The position numbers were made by a program, and so were the translations under genes. A stretch of 64,000 nucleotides of DNA from Hemiscyllium ocellatum (taxonomy: Eukaryota), in contig NC_083444.1 of the NCBI RefSeq assembly GCF_020745735.1, positions 806,001 through 870,000 of the forward strand, in the 5' to 3' direction. Each line of letters starts with the position of its first letter. The stretch's first letter is position 1. Below the pieces are notes generated by a model that saw nothing but the letters and a program-made list of their open reading frames with translations, was not told the DNA's origin and searched no databases. Positions 62,500-64,000 of the stretch are shown here, piece by piece.

Positions 62500-63860
62500 A
62501 CCCTTTGCTTTCCCAAAATGCAGCACCTCACATTTATCTGAATTAAACTCCATCTGCCACTTCTCAGCCCATTGGCCCATCTGGTCCAGATCCTGTTGTA
62601 ATCTGAGGTAACTCTCTTCTCTGTCCACTACACCTCCAATTTTGGTGTCATCTACAAACTTACTAACTGTCCCTCTTATGCTCGCTTCCAAATCATTTAC
62701 ATAAATGACAGAAAACAATTGACCCAGCACTGATCCTTGTGGCACTCCACTGGTCACAGGCCTCCAGTCTGAAAAACAACCCTCCACCACCACCCGCTGT
62801 CTTCTACCTTTGAGCCAGTTCTGTATCCAAATGGCTAGTTCTCCCTGTATTCCGTGAGATCTAACCTTGCTAACCAGTCTCCCATGGGGAACCTTGTCGA
62901 ACGCCTTACTGAAGACCATGTAGATCACATCTACTGCTCTGGTCTCATCAATCCTCTTTGTTACTCCCTCAAAAAATTCAATCAAGTTTATGAGACATGA
63001 TTTCCCATGCATAAAGCCATGTTGACTATCCCTAATCAGTCCTTGCCTTTCCAAATACATGTACATCCTGTCCCTCAGGATTCCCTCCAACAACTTGCCC
63101 ACCACCGAGGTCAGGCTCCCTGGTCTATAGTTCCCTGGCTTGTCCTTACCACCCTTCTTAAACAGTGGCACCACATTAGCCAACCTCCAGTCTTCCAGCA
63201 CCTCACCTGTGACTATCGATGATACAAATATCTCAGCAAGAGGCCCAGCAATCACTTCCCTAGCTTCCCACAGAGTTCTAGGGTACACCTGATCAGGTCC
63301 TGGGGACTTATCCACTTATATGCGTTTCAAGACATCCAGCACTTCCTCCTCTGTAATACGGACATTTTGCAAGATGTCACCATCTATTGCCCTACAGTCT
63401 ATATCTTCCATATCCTTTTCCACAGTAAATACTGACGTAAAATATTCATTTAGTATCTCTCCCATTTTCTGTGGCTCCACACGAAGGCCGCCTTGCTGAT
63501 CTTTGAGGGGCCCTATTCTCTCCCTGGTTACCCTTTTGACCATAATATATTTGTAAAAACCCTTTGGATTCGCCTTAATTCTATTTGCCAAAACTATCTC
63601 ATGTCCCCTTTTTGCCCTCCTGATTTCCCTCAAATATACTCCTACTGCCTTTATACTCTTCTAAGGATTCACTCGATCTATCCTGTCTGTACCTGACATA
63701 TGCTTCCTTCCTTTTCTTAACCAAACCCTCAATATCTTTAGTCATCCAGCATTCCCTATACCTACCAGCCTTCCCTTTCACCCTGACAGGAATATACTTT
63801 CTCTGGATTCTCGTTATCTCATTTCGGAAGGCTTCCCATTTTCCAGCCGTCCCTTTACGG
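62500..63860 (-). mobile_element. CR1 ORF2 fragment including RT
   Basis: KSPGPD...QHGF...GVPQGSVL...FVDDTK. Confidence 0.95.
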
Positions 63861-64000
63861 GTGTTCCACGTTTTACCCAAACCAAGTGTTGAACTAAAAT
63901 TGGGGGGGGAGGGAGGAATCGTGGTGCTCCATGCCCCCACCCCCAAAGTCCCAACTCCTTCTGAATAAAATCTATCGCATCTATTCTCCTGTTTTGCAGC

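Overview
Vertebrate genomic DNA, most likely a shark or other elasmobranch (HE1-type SINEs, shark-type CR1 LINEs, dispersed minisatellite families). It is GC-rich, dense in repeats and has three assembly gaps. I reconstructed three spliced genes by hand; protein identities come from recalled human sequences, not a database search. (1) FBXO24, minus strand: 10 phase-consistent coding exons from 42737 to 14990, 1788 nt, 595 aa. (2) The first three coding exons of ZMYND15, downstream on the same strand (5763 to 3074). (3) Coding exon 1 of LRCH4 on the plus strand (51035-51215), head-to-head with FBXO24 across a CCAAT-rich promoter. The rest is CR1 fragments, a nested Gmr1-type Gypsy LTR element with integrase ahead of RNase H, SINEs, hammerhead-ribozyme-like Penelope-type remnants and more than 20 minisatellite arrays. 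Nearly all long ORFs in the supplied track are repeat or gap artefacts. Most notable: arrays that amplify real splice donors, arrays born from SINE/LINE segments, a hairpin array with CAGUG loops upstream of the LRCH4 ATG, an inverted pair of defective CR1 copies with shared lesions, and the LRCH4-FBXO24-ZMYND15 linkage. No CRISPR array, rRNA or true tRNA gene was seen.
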